A stretch of 64,000 nucleotides of DNA from Fimbriimonadia bacterium (lineage in GTDB: Bacteria > Armatimonadota > Fimbriimonadia > Fimbriimonadales > JABRVX01): the NCBI GenBank assembly GCA_041483895.1, contig JBGPGO010000011.1, positions 91,390 to 155,389 on the forward strand, given 5' to 3'. The notes below the pieces were generated by a model, which did no database searches, was not told the origin of the DNA, and was given only the letters and a program-made list of their open reading frames with translations. Shown one piece after another: positions 10,315-20,951 of the stretch; the stretch's first letter is position 1; every line of letters begins with the position of its first letter. The translations under genes and the position numbers were made by a program.

Positions 10315-13300
10315 TCAAAGTTCTTCGGCCTTTACTGCGTCCTTTTCGAATCTTAAATAGAGTACTGGCAGTACGAATAGCGTGAGCAGTGTCGCCGAGA
10401 TTATGCCGCCAATTACGACCGTGGCGAGGGGTCGTTGCACCTCTGAACCGATGCCGGTGTTGAGCGCCATCGGGATGAAGCCAAGCGCCGCGACAAGCGC
10501 GGTCATGAGCACTGGCCGCAGTCTCTGATTTGCCCCTTCGCGTACGGCGTCCGATACTTTCAGCCCACTCTCGCGTAACCGATTGATGGCAGAAACCATC
10601 ACGACGCCGTTCAGTACCGCAACGCCCGAGAGAGCGATGAACCCGACACCAGCCGTGATGCTAAGTGGCATTCCACGAGCTGCCAACGCAAATACGCCAC
10701 CTGTAACCGCCAATGGTACACCTGTAAAGATGAAGACGGCGTGCTTCACCGATCCAAACGTCGTGAATAGCAGAACGAAAATTAGCGCGAGAGCGATCGG
10801 AACCACAAGAGCCAATCGCGCCGACGCCTTTTGGAGATTCTCAAACTGTCCGCCCCACGCCAAATAGTAATCTTCCGGTAACGACACCTTCGACTTTATG
10901 GCGCCTCGTGCAGCTTGGACGAAGGAGCCTAGATCGCGCCCTCGCACGTTGAGTTGAACCACTACTCTGCGCTTGCCGTTCTCCCGGCTGATCTGGGCTG
11001 GCGCATGCACCGTCGCTATCCGTGCAACGGTGGAAAGCGGTACGCCGGCACCGGAAGGAGATCTCACCTGCAGCGCCTTGATGGCTTCCACATCGTTGCG
11101 AACATCCTCCGGTAGCCTAATCGTCAGCGCGAACCTCTTGTCACCCTGGACGATCTGCCCCACAGGTTCGCCACCAAGAGCAACGGCGACCATGTCTTGG
11201 ATGTCATCCACGTTCAAGCCGAGCCGCGAAATGGCATCCCGATCTATCTCGATTTGCAGGACCGGCACTTCATCGACCTGCTCGACCTCGACGTCTTCGG
11301 CGCCGGGAATTGCCCGCACGACGTCGGCAATTTCGTCTGCCTTTGACTTCAGTGTTCTCAGGTCCTCACCGAACACCTTGATGCCAATGTCCGCCTTTAC
11401 TCCGGAAATGAGCTCCGAAAAACGCATCTGGATCGGCTGCGTGTAACCATAGCCCTGCCCCCGCACAACAGACACTCTTGAATCGATTTCTTCAATCAGT
11501 TTCGCCTTCGTCATCCCCGATCGCCACATGCGCGTCGGTCTGAGCATCACAAAGCTGTCCGTCAGACTGAGGGGCATGGCGTCAAAGGCGATTTCTGGCG
11601 TTCCGCTTTTTGAAAAAACCATCGCAACCTCGGGTAACTTGAGGATCTCCTTCTCCATCGCGGTCACGAGCTTCACGGTCTCTTCGGCATCGACTGTCCT
11701 CAGTCTGACCGGCTGGACTAAGATCGAACCTTCGTCGAGTTGCGGAATGAACTCCGATCCGAGTTTGCCGAACTGCAGGAACGCCGCACCGAGCAGAAGA
11801 GCCGCGCCTCCAAGCACCACTGCGCGGCGATGCATTGCGAATCCTAGCGTCCGGCGATAAGCGCGGCTTAGGAACTCCATCAAAACGTTCCGTCCTTCGC
11901 GCGTGTTGCCGGAAAGGACCATGCTGGCAAGCGCCGGGACAACTGTCATCGTAAGAATGAGAGCGCCTACGAGAGCAAATACGACGGTGAAAGCCATCGG
12001 CTTGAACATCTTGCCTTCGGTGCCTTGTAGAGCCAAGATAGGGAGGTACACGACCGTAATAATTGCAACGGCAAACGCAGTCGGCTTAGCAACTTCGCGC
12101 GAGGACTCCCAGACCGAATGGCGAACCTCTTGGCGGGATAAGGCGCGGCCCAAGCGCTCCCGAGCTTCCGCCAAACGTCGAACAGCATTCTCAATCATTA
12201 CGACCGCGCCGTCAACGATCAGTCCAAAGTCGATAGCCCCGAGGCTCATCAGATTGCCAGAAATGCCGAATTGGTTCATGCCGACGACGGCGCACATCAT
12301 AGACAGAGGGATTGCCAGAGCAACAATGAGGGCGCCGCGCAAGTTGCCAAGGAGCAAGAGCAGAATTGCAATGACGAGAATTCCGCCTTCAAAAAGGTTA
12401 CGTTCGACTGTTGCGATTGTCGCATTCACTAGTTCCGAACGGTTATAGGTCGTTGTTACAGTGACGTCTTTGGGAAGCTGCTCCTTGATGTCTCGAAGCT
12501 TGGCATCCACGGCATCAGCGACAGTTCGACCGTTCGCTCCCTTCAGCATCATGACCACGACGATAAGTGTTTCTTTGCCGTCTTTGCTGCTTACTCCAGT
12601 CAGAACCGGCGTCCCAAACTTAACTCCGGCAACGTCGCGAATGAGGACGGGGACCCCTCCCTCGCTCCTAACAACAATGCGCTCGACATCGCTCTCATTT
12701 CGAGCCAGACCGACACTGCGGACGAACGTACGCTCTCCGCCTTTGTCAATCACACCACCGCCGGCGTTCCGATTGTTCCTCTCAAGCGCGGAGGCGATCT
12801 CGCTGACCCCGATTCCACGCGCTTGCAAGGATTGTGGGTTCACTACGACCTGAAACTCCTTAACACTGCCGTCCGCGGAACTCACATCGGCGACGCCGGG
12901 GACGGTTCGTAGCTGAGGCGCGATGAGCCAGTCTTGGAGGCTCCGGAGCTCCATCGCGTTGCGCTTATCACTTTCGACCGAATACATGTAAATATCGCCA
13001 AGGCCAGTCGAGACCGGGCCAAGTTGAGGAACGTTCACGTCGGGAGGCAATTGTGACTTGACGCTACCGAGTCGTTCATTCACCAGTTGTCTCGCGAAAT
13101 ATGTATCGACATCGTCGCGAAAGGTGACCGTAACCTGCGATAGACCGTATTGGCTCTGGCTTCGCACGCCCTCGACACCCGCGATGCCGGCCATCGCCGT
13201 CTCAATGGGGAACGTGACGAGGCGCTCGACCTCCTCAGGACCCAGCCCTCCCGTCTGCGCGTTGACCTGGACCTGATTGGTAGTAATATCGGGCACTGCG

Positions 13301-13410
13301 TCCAAGTTGAGCCGTTGCCAGGAGATCGCCCCCGCACCGACTAGCACGGCAACTCCGGTGACAATCAAGAACTTTTGAGTCAAGCTAAAGTGGATCAGTC
13401 GATCCAACAT
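10315..13410 (-). CDS. czcA: Heavy-metal efflux RND permease (CzcA/CusA family)
   Basis: DAVPDITTNQVQ, GAIDFGLIVDGAVVMIEN, RLRPVLMTALVAALGFIPMA, GSEVQRPLATVVIGG. Confidence 0.93.
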   Translation of the reverse strand: MLDRLIHFSLTQKFLIVTGVAVLVGAGAISWQRLNLDAVPDITTNQVQVNAQTGGLGPEEVERLVTFPIETAMAGIAGVEGVRSQSQYGLSQVTVTFRDDVDTYFARQLVNERLGSVKSQLPPDVNVPQLGPVSTGLGDIYMYSVESDKRNAMELRSLQDWLIAPQLRTVPGVADVSSADGSVKEFQVVVNPQSLQARGIGVSEIASALERNNRNAGGGVIDKGGERTFVRSVGLARNESDVERIVVRSEGGVPVLIRDVAGVKFGTPVLTGVSSKDGKETLIVVVMMLKGANGRTVADAVDAKLRDIKEQLPKDVTVTTTYNRSELVNATIATVERNLFEGGILVIAILLLLLGNLRGALIVALAIPLSMMCAVVGMNQFGISGNLMSLGAIDFGLIVDGAVVMIENAVRRLAEARERLGRALSRQEVRHSVWESSREVAKPTAFAVAIITVVYLPILALQGTEGKMFKPMAFTVVFALVGALILTMTVVPALASMVLSGNTREGRNVLMEFLSRAYRRTLGFAMHRRAVVLGGAALLLGAAFLQFGKLGSEFIPQLDEGSILVQPVRLRTVDAEETVKLVTAMEKEILKLPEVAMVFSKSGTPEIAFDAMPLSLTDSFVMLRPTRMWRSGMTKAKLIEEIDSRVSVVRGQGYGYTQPIQMRFSELISGVKADIGIKVFGEDLRTLKSKADEIADVVRAIPGAEDVEVEQVDEVPVLQIEIDRDAISRLGLNVDDIQDMVAVALGGEPVGQIVQGDKRFALTIRLPEDVRNDVEAIKALQVRSPSGAGVPLSTVARIATVHAPAQISRENGKRRVVVQLNVRGRDLGSFVQAARGAIKSKVSLPEDYYLAWGGQFENLQKASARLALVVPIALALIFVLLFTTFGSVKHAVFIFTGVPLAVTGGVFALAARGMPLSITAGVGFIALSGVAVLNGVVMVSAINRLRESGLKVSDAVREGANQRLRPVLMTALVAALGFIPMALNTGIGSEVQRPLATVVIGGIISATLLTLFVLPVLYLRFEKDAVKAEEL

Positions 13411-13456
13411 ATCGTTTGACCTCCCTTGGGTGGGCGAGGGATTGATGTCGCACGTT

Positions 13457-13711
13457 TCATATGTGGCTGACCCAATCTTCGTTGGCTGACCGGTCCTTGC
13501 CGATCGCCCGTAAACGGTATCGATTCAACGCGACACCTGCCCACACCAATTCAACCACACCAAATGGCCAGGCCCCTTGCAAAAAACCATAGGTCGCGGC
13601 TAGCAGGCATGAGACGGCGAATCCGAGGACGAACCACGTAGCCCGGGCCTCCATCGCATAGCAAATTACCATTGCCGTGCAGGCAAACAGACCGAATGCA
13701 GTGAGTAGCAT
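13457..13711 (-). CDS. Small membrane protein within the efflux operon
   Basis: 84 aa, three hydrophobic segments (YGFLQGAWPFGVVELVW), 2 bp after the adaptor gene. Confidence 0.75.
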   Translation of the reverse strand: MLLTAFGLFACTAMVICYAMEARATWFVLGFAVSCLLAATYGFLQGAWPFGVVELVWAGVALNRYRLRAIGKDRSANEDWVSHI

Positions 13712-13713
13712 CG

Positions 13714-15252
13714 CTACTCTTCCCCTTTCAACTGGTCCTTCTTGGATTCGCTGGTAAGTACGAAGGTGCCCTTGATCGCGACTACCTCGCCGTTATTGAG
13801 ACTGTCAAGAATCTCGACATAGCCGCCGTCGGCAACGCCGACGGTCACTTCACGGCGCTCAAACTTGCCATCGCGGCCGACAAAGACGACGTTCTTGTCG
13901 GCGTCCTTGATGACCGCCGTCGACGGAACAGCGAGTACCGATCGGGATCGCCTAAGACCGATCCGCACGGTCACAAACATGTCAGGTTTGAGCGCGCCAC
14001 CTGCGCCGGTGATGAGGCACTGGACGGGCATGGTGCGGGTCTTCGGATCTAGGCGGCTTGCCACTATCGCGACGACTCCGTGAAAGGAGCGATTTTCGAG
14101 CGATGAGGCGGTAACAACGCAGTTCTCACCAAGCGATACCTTTGCGATGTCCTTCTCCTGGACGTTGGCCGTTGCCCAAATGCTTCCGATGTTCTCGATC
14201 TCCATCAGCGTTTGGGTGCGATCCACAGCCTGCCCGAGGGTTACGTCGATGTGGATAATGGTTCCCGAAACCGGAGCTATGATGGCGACTTGACCGAGAG
14301 ATGTGGCTCCTCCTCCGCTGGAAGCGCGATACGTGCCTTGGGCGTTGCGGATCGCTTTTTCGGAATTGGCAAGCGCTGCCCGGGCGGCGTCAATCTTTAT
14401 GATCGCCTTGTCCCGTTCTAGCTGGCTTGAGCGAACTTCGGCTTCACCAGCCTGCAGTTCGCGTGCATTGAGCAGCCCTTTTTGAGCAATGGATTTTTCA
14501 CGCTCATAGCCTGCCTTGGCCAGCTCTACCCGGGCTCTGCCCTTGTCCACCCGATTCTCGTCGAGTTGAACGTCGAGGCGGGCGGTTTCCCATTCGGATT
14601 TCGAAACGAGACCTTCTTTCAAGAGTCGCTCGTCTCGCTCCAACTGCTTGGTGTGGTAGTCCAATTGCCGCTGTGCTTCCAAGAGGTCGCTTTGAGCGTC
14701 GTTGAGTTCGCTTTGCGCCAGTTGTAGCGGTGCTTGGCTAAATGCGCCCTCCTTGGCAAGTTCACGTTGGCGCTCCAAATTCGTTTGTGCTGACTGGAGC
14801 TTTGCCTCGGCAAGCTTTGCCTCTGACCTCGACTGATTGAGGTCCGCCGCCGCCGCATCGCGTGACCGCTGGGCCTCGGCAACGGACTGCCACGACTGGG
14901 CGAGTTCCGAGGATTCAATCACCGCGAGAGTTTGGCCTTGCCGGACCACGTCGCCAAGTTGAACATTCAATCGGATCAGTCGTCCTGCGACCGGTGGTGT
15001 CACAACAGCCCGATTCTTATTCGTGCTGGTCATGACTCCGGGCACAGTCAGACTCTCTTGCATGCTCCGCAAGCCGGCCGGGGCGACTTCGATGCCAGCA
15101 ATCCGCTGGGCATTCGACGAAATCTCAATGGACTTGCCTGCGCTTTCAGCAGGATCGGGTTTGGTATCCGCCTCAGGAGTTTTCGATCCGCAACTGGACA
15201 AACCGACTGCGACAATAGTAAGCGCCAGTAATTCAATTCGCTTCAATTCCAA
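13714..15252 (-). CDS. czcB: RND efflux periplasmic adaptor (CzcB-like lipoprotein)
   Basis: Lipobox LSSC, lipoyl-like motifs (VTPPVAGRL, APVSGTI), long coiled coil, LKPDMFVTVRI. Confidence 0.88.
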   Translation of the reverse strand: MELKRIELLALTIVAVGLSSCGSKTPEADTKPDPAESAGKSIEISSNAQRIAGIEVAPAGLRSMQESLTVPGVMTSTNKNRAVVTPPVAGRLIRLNVQLGDVVRQGQTLAVIESSELAQSWQSVAEAQRSRDAAAADLNQSRSEAKLAEAKLQSAQTNLERQRELAKEGAFSQAPLQLAQSELNDAQSDLLEAQRQLDYHTKQLERDERLLKEGLVSKSEWETARLDVQLDENRVDKGRARVELAKAGYEREKSIAQKGLLNARELQAGEAEVRSSQLERDKAIIKIDAARAALANSEKAIRNAQGTYRASSGGGATSLGQVAIIAPVSGTIIHIDVTLGQAVDRTQTLMEIENIGSIWATANVQEKDIAKVSLGENCVVTASSLENRSFHGVVAIVASRLDPKTRTMPVQCLITGAGGALKPDMFVTVRIGLRRSRSVLAVPSTAVIKDADKNVVFVGRDGKFERREVTVGVADGGYVEILDSLNNGEVVAIKGTFVLTSESKKDQLKGEE

Positions 15253-16442
15253 CCTCCGACGACTATTCCGGCAGCCCGGTAATCTGAGATGCTTGCTTCG
15301 GCAACCCGTTGTTCGGCCTGGACTGAACCCTCCTCGACTTCCCGCAGGGAGCGCGTCGCCTCGAGAACATCGATCAGAGTGGACGCCCCTTCCTCGTAAC
15401 CGATTCGCGTTTTATCAACAAGGTTTCGGGCAGATTCCAGAATGTTACGATAGCTCTCGACTTGCGTTTTCGCGGACAGCAACTCTTCGCGAGTCGCCGA
15501 TAATTCCGCTACCGCCGTAAGCCGAATATCTTCGAGCGCCTGTTCGTTCGCTAGCGCCTTGGTTTGTGCCGATCTAACTTCGTTTCGAGCGCGTCCGAAA
15601 TCGAACACCGCCCATGATAACTGTATGCGCGCACCGAAGCGAGCGCCTCCTTCATGCCACGGCAGCCTCAGTCCCTGAATCTCAAGGTCAGGCCTAACGC
15701 TCGCCTTCGCAATACTCGCCTCGGCCTTGGCTGCTTGCACATCGGCTTTGGTGAGGAGAACGTCTGGTCGCTGGGAGATATCGACCGTTGCCAATTCACC
15801 CAATGTTGGAAAAGCGTTGACTTCCTCGGCGGCCACGGTGACTCCAAGCTGCGCAGACAGACGTTTCAGTGCGACAAACTTCTGGCTACGACGCAGATCG
15901 CTATTCTGTTGGGCGCGCATGACTTCGATTGCTGCCCGTGTTTGCTGCACCTCAGCGACCTTGCCTTCCTCGACCCTTCGGTCTACCGCCGCCTTCAGTT
16001 GTTCTGCGTTCTGTAATACGGAATCCGCCGTAATCGACAGCTTGACTGCCGAAACGGCTTCGGTCAGCGCCGTCAGCACGTCTGTCTGGAGGTCAATTAG
16101 CTCGCCGCGATACGCTGCTTCGGCCTGTTGGACCAGGGCCGCGCCACTCTGCCTGCCGGCTTTCGTTCGCCCAAACAGGTCAATCGGCTGTGAGATGAAG
16201 GCATCTTGGTCTGTCGATCCTATGTCGCGATCGGTCGAATATCCGACCCCAAGTTTCGTAGCCAAATATGTTCCAATGGCGCGAGCGCTGATCCTGGCTT
16301 GTTCAACCCGTAACTTTGCCGCTTGCAATTTAGGACGATGTTGCGCGGCCAACTGCAAAGCTCGTTGCGCGTCGATGGCGTCCGGTTGAGCCCATGCCGC
16401 CCGGACAAAACAAAAACAAAGACTTATGACCGTGGTATTCAA
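15243..16442 (-). CDS. TolC-family outer membrane efflux protein (CzcC-like)
   Basis: SQPIDLFG, GYEEGASTLIDVLEA; directly upstream of the adaptor and RND genes. Confidence 0.88.
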   Translation of the reverse strand: MNTTVISLCFCFVRAAWAQPDAIDAQRALQLAAQHRPKLQAAKLRVEQARISARAIGTYLATKLGVGYSTDRDIGSTDQDAFISQPIDLFGRTKAGRQSGAALVQQAEAAYRGELIDLQTDVLTALTEAVSAVKLSITADSVLQNAEQLKAAVDRRVEEGKVAEVQQTRAAIEVMRAQQNSDLRRSQKFVALKRLSAQLGVTVAAEEVNAFPTLGELATVDISQRPDVLLTKADVQAAKAEASIAKASVRPDLEIQGLRLPWHEGGARFGARIQLSWAVFDFGRARNEVRSAQTKALANEQALEDIRLTAVAELSATREELLSAKTQVESYRNILESARNLVDKTRIGYEEGASTLIDVLEATRSLREVEEGSVQAEQRVAEASISDYRAAGIVVGGWN

Positions 16443-16506
16443 ATGACTGCTCCTCCGTTTCGTTAGCTTTGGCCTAGAACGTCAGGCGGGTCAAAACCGA
16501 GCGGCT

Positions 16507-16941
16507 CTAGGCGAACATCAAACGATGGGAGCGAACAGGAGGGGCACGGGATAATTGCGTTCCCGGAGGAGCAGGTGGAAGACTGTGCGTCGATTCGACT
16601 TCGGTCGGGCCGCTCGATTTCCGTGGCTCGAGAATCGGTCCGCAGTCAACGGAGAGGCAAACTGGGTTGCCATTCCGCTGCTGGGCCGCTGCCCTAAGAG
16701 CCGCCACGTCATGGTTACAGAATTTGAGCTGGCAGCACAACCGACAACTTGTTCCGTTCAATCCTGATATCGCGTTGTTTCCGGTTGCCAAGACAACGAG
16801 GGACATGCTAGAGCAAATTTGACATGGGGTATCGTCAGGTCCGTAGTACTCGGCCTTACAGATGTGTGCCGTTCCGAGTAGAACAAGCACCGAACAGACG
16901 AATGCCCTTATCGCTCTCAAGTTGCTGCCGATGATTCGCAA
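16507..16941 (-). CDS. Cys-rich leader protein with RAPP motif (DUF2946/CruR-like)
   Basis: N-terminal hydrophobic segment, CQIC and CRLCC, C-terminal PPAPP..SRAPP; first gene of the efflux operon. Confidence 0.6.
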   Translation of the reverse strand: MRIIGSNLRAIRAFVCSVLVLLGTAHICKAEYYGPDDTPCQICSSMSLVVLATGNNAISGLNGTSCRLCCQLKFCNHDVAALRAAAQQRNGNPVCLSVDCGPILEPRKSSGPTEVESTHSLPPAPPGTQLSRAPPVRSHRLMFA

Positions 16942-17133
16942 GGTTATCGTTAATGGTTGGCTAGTGTCAACTCATTTTGTCGGGTCTGATGAGAGATCCA
17001 ATGCATGTCGGGATAGCACAGCGAATGGTCCTCTTGGATACCAAGCAGTTTGGATGGTCGTGAAAGCGCGACTCGACTTGGCTCCCTTGCAGCGGGACCC
17101 CTCTGCCGCAGATGATTTCGACCAGCTAGGCTT

Positions 17134-17161
17134 CCTATCGAAAAGAACCATTATCGATAGG
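17134..17161 (+). other. 28-bp dif-like recombination site, copy 2
   Basis: CCTATCGAAAA-GAACCA-TTATCGATAGG, 8 bp from the stop codon of the CHAT gene. Confidence 0.85.
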
Positions 17162-17169
17162 AGCACGAG

Positions 17170-20100
17170 CTACCTCCAATCTCCGGTCAGAGTAAACGGT
17201 GCCCAGTAGTACGGGTGAGGATGCTTCTTCGCCGTCTCGACCATCGCCAGACGCAGAGCCTCGTCCGTCGCCTTGCCCAACTTCCGGTTTCGGTGGAACG
17301 CGACCATCAGATCGGCGGTGGATGCGTCGCTGACCTGCCACAGGCTTGCGACAACCGAGCGAGCCCCGGCAAACGTTAAGGAGCGAGTGAGGCCCACAAT
17401 CCCTTCTCCGCGTACGTTTTTGCCTTGCCCTGTCTCGCATGCTGAAAGGACGACAAGATCGGCGCTCAGATGCAGTTCACCTGCAATCTCCCACGCCTGC
17501 AACGCGCCATCGTCGTCCGTCTCATCTTCCTTGGGCTCCATTTTCGGAACAGTCAGGAGAAGGCCTGAGGACATCGGAATCAATTCGTTGAGATAGCCGT
17601 GAGTGGCTAGATGGATGACTCTTGCGCCGGCGAGCTTGGTGCGGAGATTCGCTTCAGATGCCTCTTCGCCGATAAGCGGTTTGACGCCATAGAGCGCCGC
17701 CACACTCTTTGCTTCCACCGATGTACCAGGCAAATATGGAGGCGGACTGGCGGATCCCCAGAGGTAAGAACGCGCCGATCGATCTGGTGAATCATTCTTG
17801 GCGGATGATTGCGATCTTGTGAAGTACGCTCCTCCTAGAACGCACGCTCCTCGACCTCTTGGCGACGGCTGTGCGGCGGAGCGCGCGAAGAGGGCGATTG
17901 ATGGTGTATAGGTAATCGGTATCGAAAGGCCGAGGTAGGTCCCGTTTACCCTAAACGCCGCGAACGGCACATTCCAGAGCGGGCCGTCCGGCGTTATGAT
18001 GATTCGCTTCGCGTTCAGCACCATCGGACCCAGTGCCTTTGGAATAAGAATCTTGCCGAGGGTTTGCAGGTCTGCCTCTAGATTCGTGGCAGGCTTCGTG
18101 TTAGTGATGCTCTTTACTCCCCGTGCATTCTGTCCGGGGGCCATGGCAAGCCCTACTTGTACTCTGTCGACTAGCCTTCGCAGGCTATCTTCTTTCAGAT
18201 TGATTACATACGTCTTTGGTCCCCATTTCCTTCCGATCGCGATGACAACTGGTCCGTCTGGGGTGACAGCGTAACCGAGATAGAGCGAATGCGGGGGGAG
18301 GGACTTCTGAAGCTGGGCAGTCGTCAATTCGGGAACGAAAACTTCAGGACTTTGCCGTTTGATCTCTCTGGCCAGCGATTCTGCCTCCACTCGCGTCTGC
18401 GTGGCCTCCGCAAGTTCCAGATCATATCGGGCCTTCAAATCGCTCGCATCAGTTGCCCGACCTTCGCGTTTGGCAACAATCTGGCGGATGCTATCTTGCT
18501 CGGCATGCTTCATCAGTCGGTCTTTCCTGAAAAGGAGATCTTGGTACCGCCGGTAGTTGGGAGATGATTTTGCTTTAGAGCTCAGAACCCGATCGGTTAA
18601 CACCTGTCGGAGCGCCTGCGCCTGCATCTCTTGCAGGGTTGTGAACGCGGTTGCGAGCGACAGAAGGCATTGAGATCGTACCAAACGCTCGCCAATCAGG
18701 ATCGTATTCACAGCAAACGACTGACGAGACTCGTCGCCAACGGCCGAGTTTGACTGTCTTCTGACGATGCGCCAGGCTTTGCCGAACATGACCTCGGATT
18801 GCCGGATTTCCCCGCGCCGTAGAGCCAATATCCCAAGGTTGTCATAACTGACAGCTAGATCAAGACTGTCCGGCGCTTTGACCTTCCTGATCTCCAGCGC
18901 TTGGCGGAACCGCATCTCTGCGACGGCCATGTTGCCGCGATGGGATGCGGTAACACCGATATTGTTGTAACTCCTGGAAAGCTCAATGCTGCCGGGGGCT
19001 TGGCGTTCCCAGATATCAAGCGATTTCCGGTTCCAGTCGTCGGCTGCGCCCAAATCCCCTCTATCGTTTGCAACGCTGGCGAGATTGTTGTACGTATATG
19101 CGAGATCGATGCTGCCTGGCGCTTTCGACTCTCTGATCGCAAGTGACTTCCTGTGCCACGCATCTGACGCCTTGAGGTCACCGAGCGTGTCTGCATTCGT
19201 TCCGAGATTGTTGTAGATCAGTGACAGCTCCAGACTTTCCGGGAGTTTGCTCTCCCATATCACGAGGGCTCTTCGATACCACTGATCGGCGGCTTGAAAA
19301 TCTCCCCGGTCCGCTGCCACGTTCCCGAGATTATTGTAGCCTCCACCGAGGCTTATGCCATCAGAATCATTTTTCTGCCAGATCGCGAGGGCCTTCCTGT
19401 CCCATTCTTCAGCATCCTTAAGATCCCCGCGGACCTCGGCGTCTTGGCCGAGATTATTGTAGATTGTTGCCAGGTCCAAGCTATCCGGCGCTTTGCGATC
19501 CAGTATCGTTGTTGCCTTCAAATACCATTCGTCGCTGCTCCTAGTGTCGCCGACCAAACGTGCCCAAGCTCCGAGGTTCTTATATGTTGTTGCGAGATCC
19601 AGGCTATCAGGCGCTTTACGCTCGACAATAGCCAGGTCCTTCTTGTACCATTCCCCGGTAGCATGTTGATCCCCGATATCCCTTGCCACGTTGCCGAGAT
19701 TGTTATAAATGGCACCCAGAGCGAGGCTGTCCGGCGCAATGGACTCCTGGATAGACAGGGCCCTTCGGTACCACGCCCCTGCGCCAGGAAAGTCTTTGAG
19801 TTCCTCGGCGATTACGCCGAGGTTGGTGTAGCATGCCGCAACATCGGTGGTTCCAGGCGCCTTGCGCTCCCTAATCGCAAGCGCCTTTCTATACCACTGT
19901 TCGGCCGCGGGCAAATCTTTGCGGGCCCACGCCGCAGCGCCAAGATTATTATAACTCGCCGCGAGATCGAGGCTGTCGGGCGCTTTGACTTCCCTGATCT
20001 CGAGTGCTTTCCTCATCCATGCCTCTGCCCCATCCACGTCCCCATGTCGCCACGCCAAATTGCCTAGCGCATTCATGCTCCAAGCCTCCCAAATGCTGCG

Positions 20101-20754
20101 GCCCGCTGCGTCGTCGATGGCAAGGCGTCTTCGGAGGTTGTCTTCTCGAGTCGAATCTTGATCGGTTAAGGTTTCGTTCAGGAGATCTCTGGCGCGCGAC
20201 TCGCCGGCACTATCCTCAAGTTCTTTGAAGAGAGCAACTGCGCGTTCGTTGTGTACGTGTGCCCTGGCGTCATGTCCCGCTGCATGCCACGCCGCTGCAG
20301 ACCGGAGGAGCAGCCAGGCTGCGCCTACAGACTTCCCTTCTTCCTCCGCCGCCTTCTCGAACAATCCTCCAGCGGCGTCCAGCTTCGCCTCTCTTGCCAA
20401 AAGATAAGAGGCCAGGGAATGTGGTGTCAATTGCGGTCGCGAAGTGACTCCAAGCGAACCCAACGGTACATTGACTAGTCGCTCCACTGTCACTTGACGC
20501 AGCCGCACTTCGACATTATCCTTGCCAAATGAATTCTCTTCGCAAGCGAGCAACGAAATAGGAGTCAATAGCGGTTGGTTGTCATAGGTGAGAATGACAT
20601 CTCCAACCACAATCCCGGCTTTGTCAGCGAGCGAGCCTTTCGCGACGGTCTCCACAATGATGCCGATCGGCACATCGGCCCAATTGAATGACATATCGAG
20701 AATGACAAGACAGACTGCAAGAAATCTCACTGGTACTCCTGGGGCGACAGGCAT
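17170..20754 (-). CDS. PDZ-TPR-CHAT (caspase-like) protease
   Basis: N-terminal PDZ-like segment (GIIVETVAKGSLADKAGIVVGDVIL), about ten 42-aa TPR repeats (APDSLDLA.SYNNLG), CHAT catalytic IHLATHG and VLSACETG, terminal HPYYWAPF. Confidence 0.92.
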   Translation of the reverse strand: MPVAPGVPVRFLAVCLVILDMSFNWADVPIGIIVETVAKGSLADKAGIVVGDVILTYDNQPLLTPISLLACEENSFGKDNVEVRLRQVTVERLVNVPLGSLGVTSRPQLTPHSLASYLLAREAKLDAAGGLFEKAAEEEGKSVGAAWLLLRSAAAWHAAGHDARAHVHNERAVALFKELEDSAGESRARDLLNETLTDQDSTREDNLRRRLAIDDAAGRSIWEAWSMNALGNLAWRHGDVDGAEAWMRKALEIREVKAPDSLDLAASYNNLGAAAWARKDLPAAEQWYRKALAIRERKAPGTTDVAACYTNLGVIAEELKDFPGAGAWYRRALSIQESIAPDSLALGAIYNNLGNVARDIGDQHATGEWYKKDLAIVERKAPDSLDLATTYKNLGAWARLVGDTRSSDEWYLKATTILDRKAPDSLDLATIYNNLGQDAEVRGDLKDAEEWDRKALAIWQKNDSDGISLGGGYNNLGNVAADRGDFQAADQWYRRALVIWESKLPESLELSLIYNNLGTNADTLGDLKASDAWHRKSLAIRESKAPGSIDLAYTYNNLASVANDRGDLGAADDWNRKSLDIWERQAPGSIELSRSYNNIGVTASHRGNMAVAEMRFRQALEIRKVKAPDSLDLAVSYDNLGILALRRGEIRQSEVMFGKAWRIVRRQSNSAVGDESRQSFAVNTILIGERLVRSQCLLSLATAFTTLQEMQAQALRQVLTDRVLSSKAKSSPNYRRYQDLLFRKDRLMKHAEQDSIRQIVAKREGRATDASDLKARYDLELAEATQTRVEAESLAREIKRQSPEVFVPELTTAQLQKSLPPHSLYLGYAVTPDGPVVIAIGRKWGPKTYVINLKEDSLRRLVDRVQVGLAMAPGQNARGVKSITNTKPATNLEADLQTLGKILIPKALGPMVLNAKRIIITPDGPLWNVPFAAFRVNGTYLGLSIPITYTPSIALFARSAAQPSPRGRGACVLGGAYFTRSQSSAKNDSPDRSARSYLWGSASPPPYLPGTSVEAKSVAALYGVKPLIGEEASEANLRTKLAGARVIHLATHGYLNELIPMSSGLLLTVPKMEPKEDETDDDGALQAWEIAGELHLSADLVVLSACETGQGKNVRGEGIVGLTRSLTFAGARSVVASLWQVSDASTADLMVAFHRNRKLGKATDEALRLAMVETAKKHPHPYYWAPFTLTGDWR

Positions 20755-20845
20755 ATGGATATTGTATTACACTATGAGGTGAAGCGGCTCCCTTGGGTTA
20801 CTTTCTGCTTCCGAGTTGGTGGCAGAACTGCTCAATTTGCTCGTA

Positions 20846-20873
20846 GCTATCGAAAACAACCATTATCGATAGG
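20846..20873 (+). other. 28-bp dif-like recombination site, copy 3
   Basis: GCTATCGAAAA-CAACCA-TTATCGATAGG. Confidence 0.85.
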
Positions 20874-20951
20874 TCTTGGGATTGCTGCGATGCTGGCGTC
20901 CTGGCCGTACGCCGGCAGTATGGCCCGTGATAGCCGATCGTGGCGGCTACG

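Noticed and set aside
16943..16959. Minus-strand CAACCA-TTAACGATAAC resembling a half dif-like site
   Set aside because: No matching left arm; it overlaps a probable TTGACA promoter and the ORF start, so it is likely chance.
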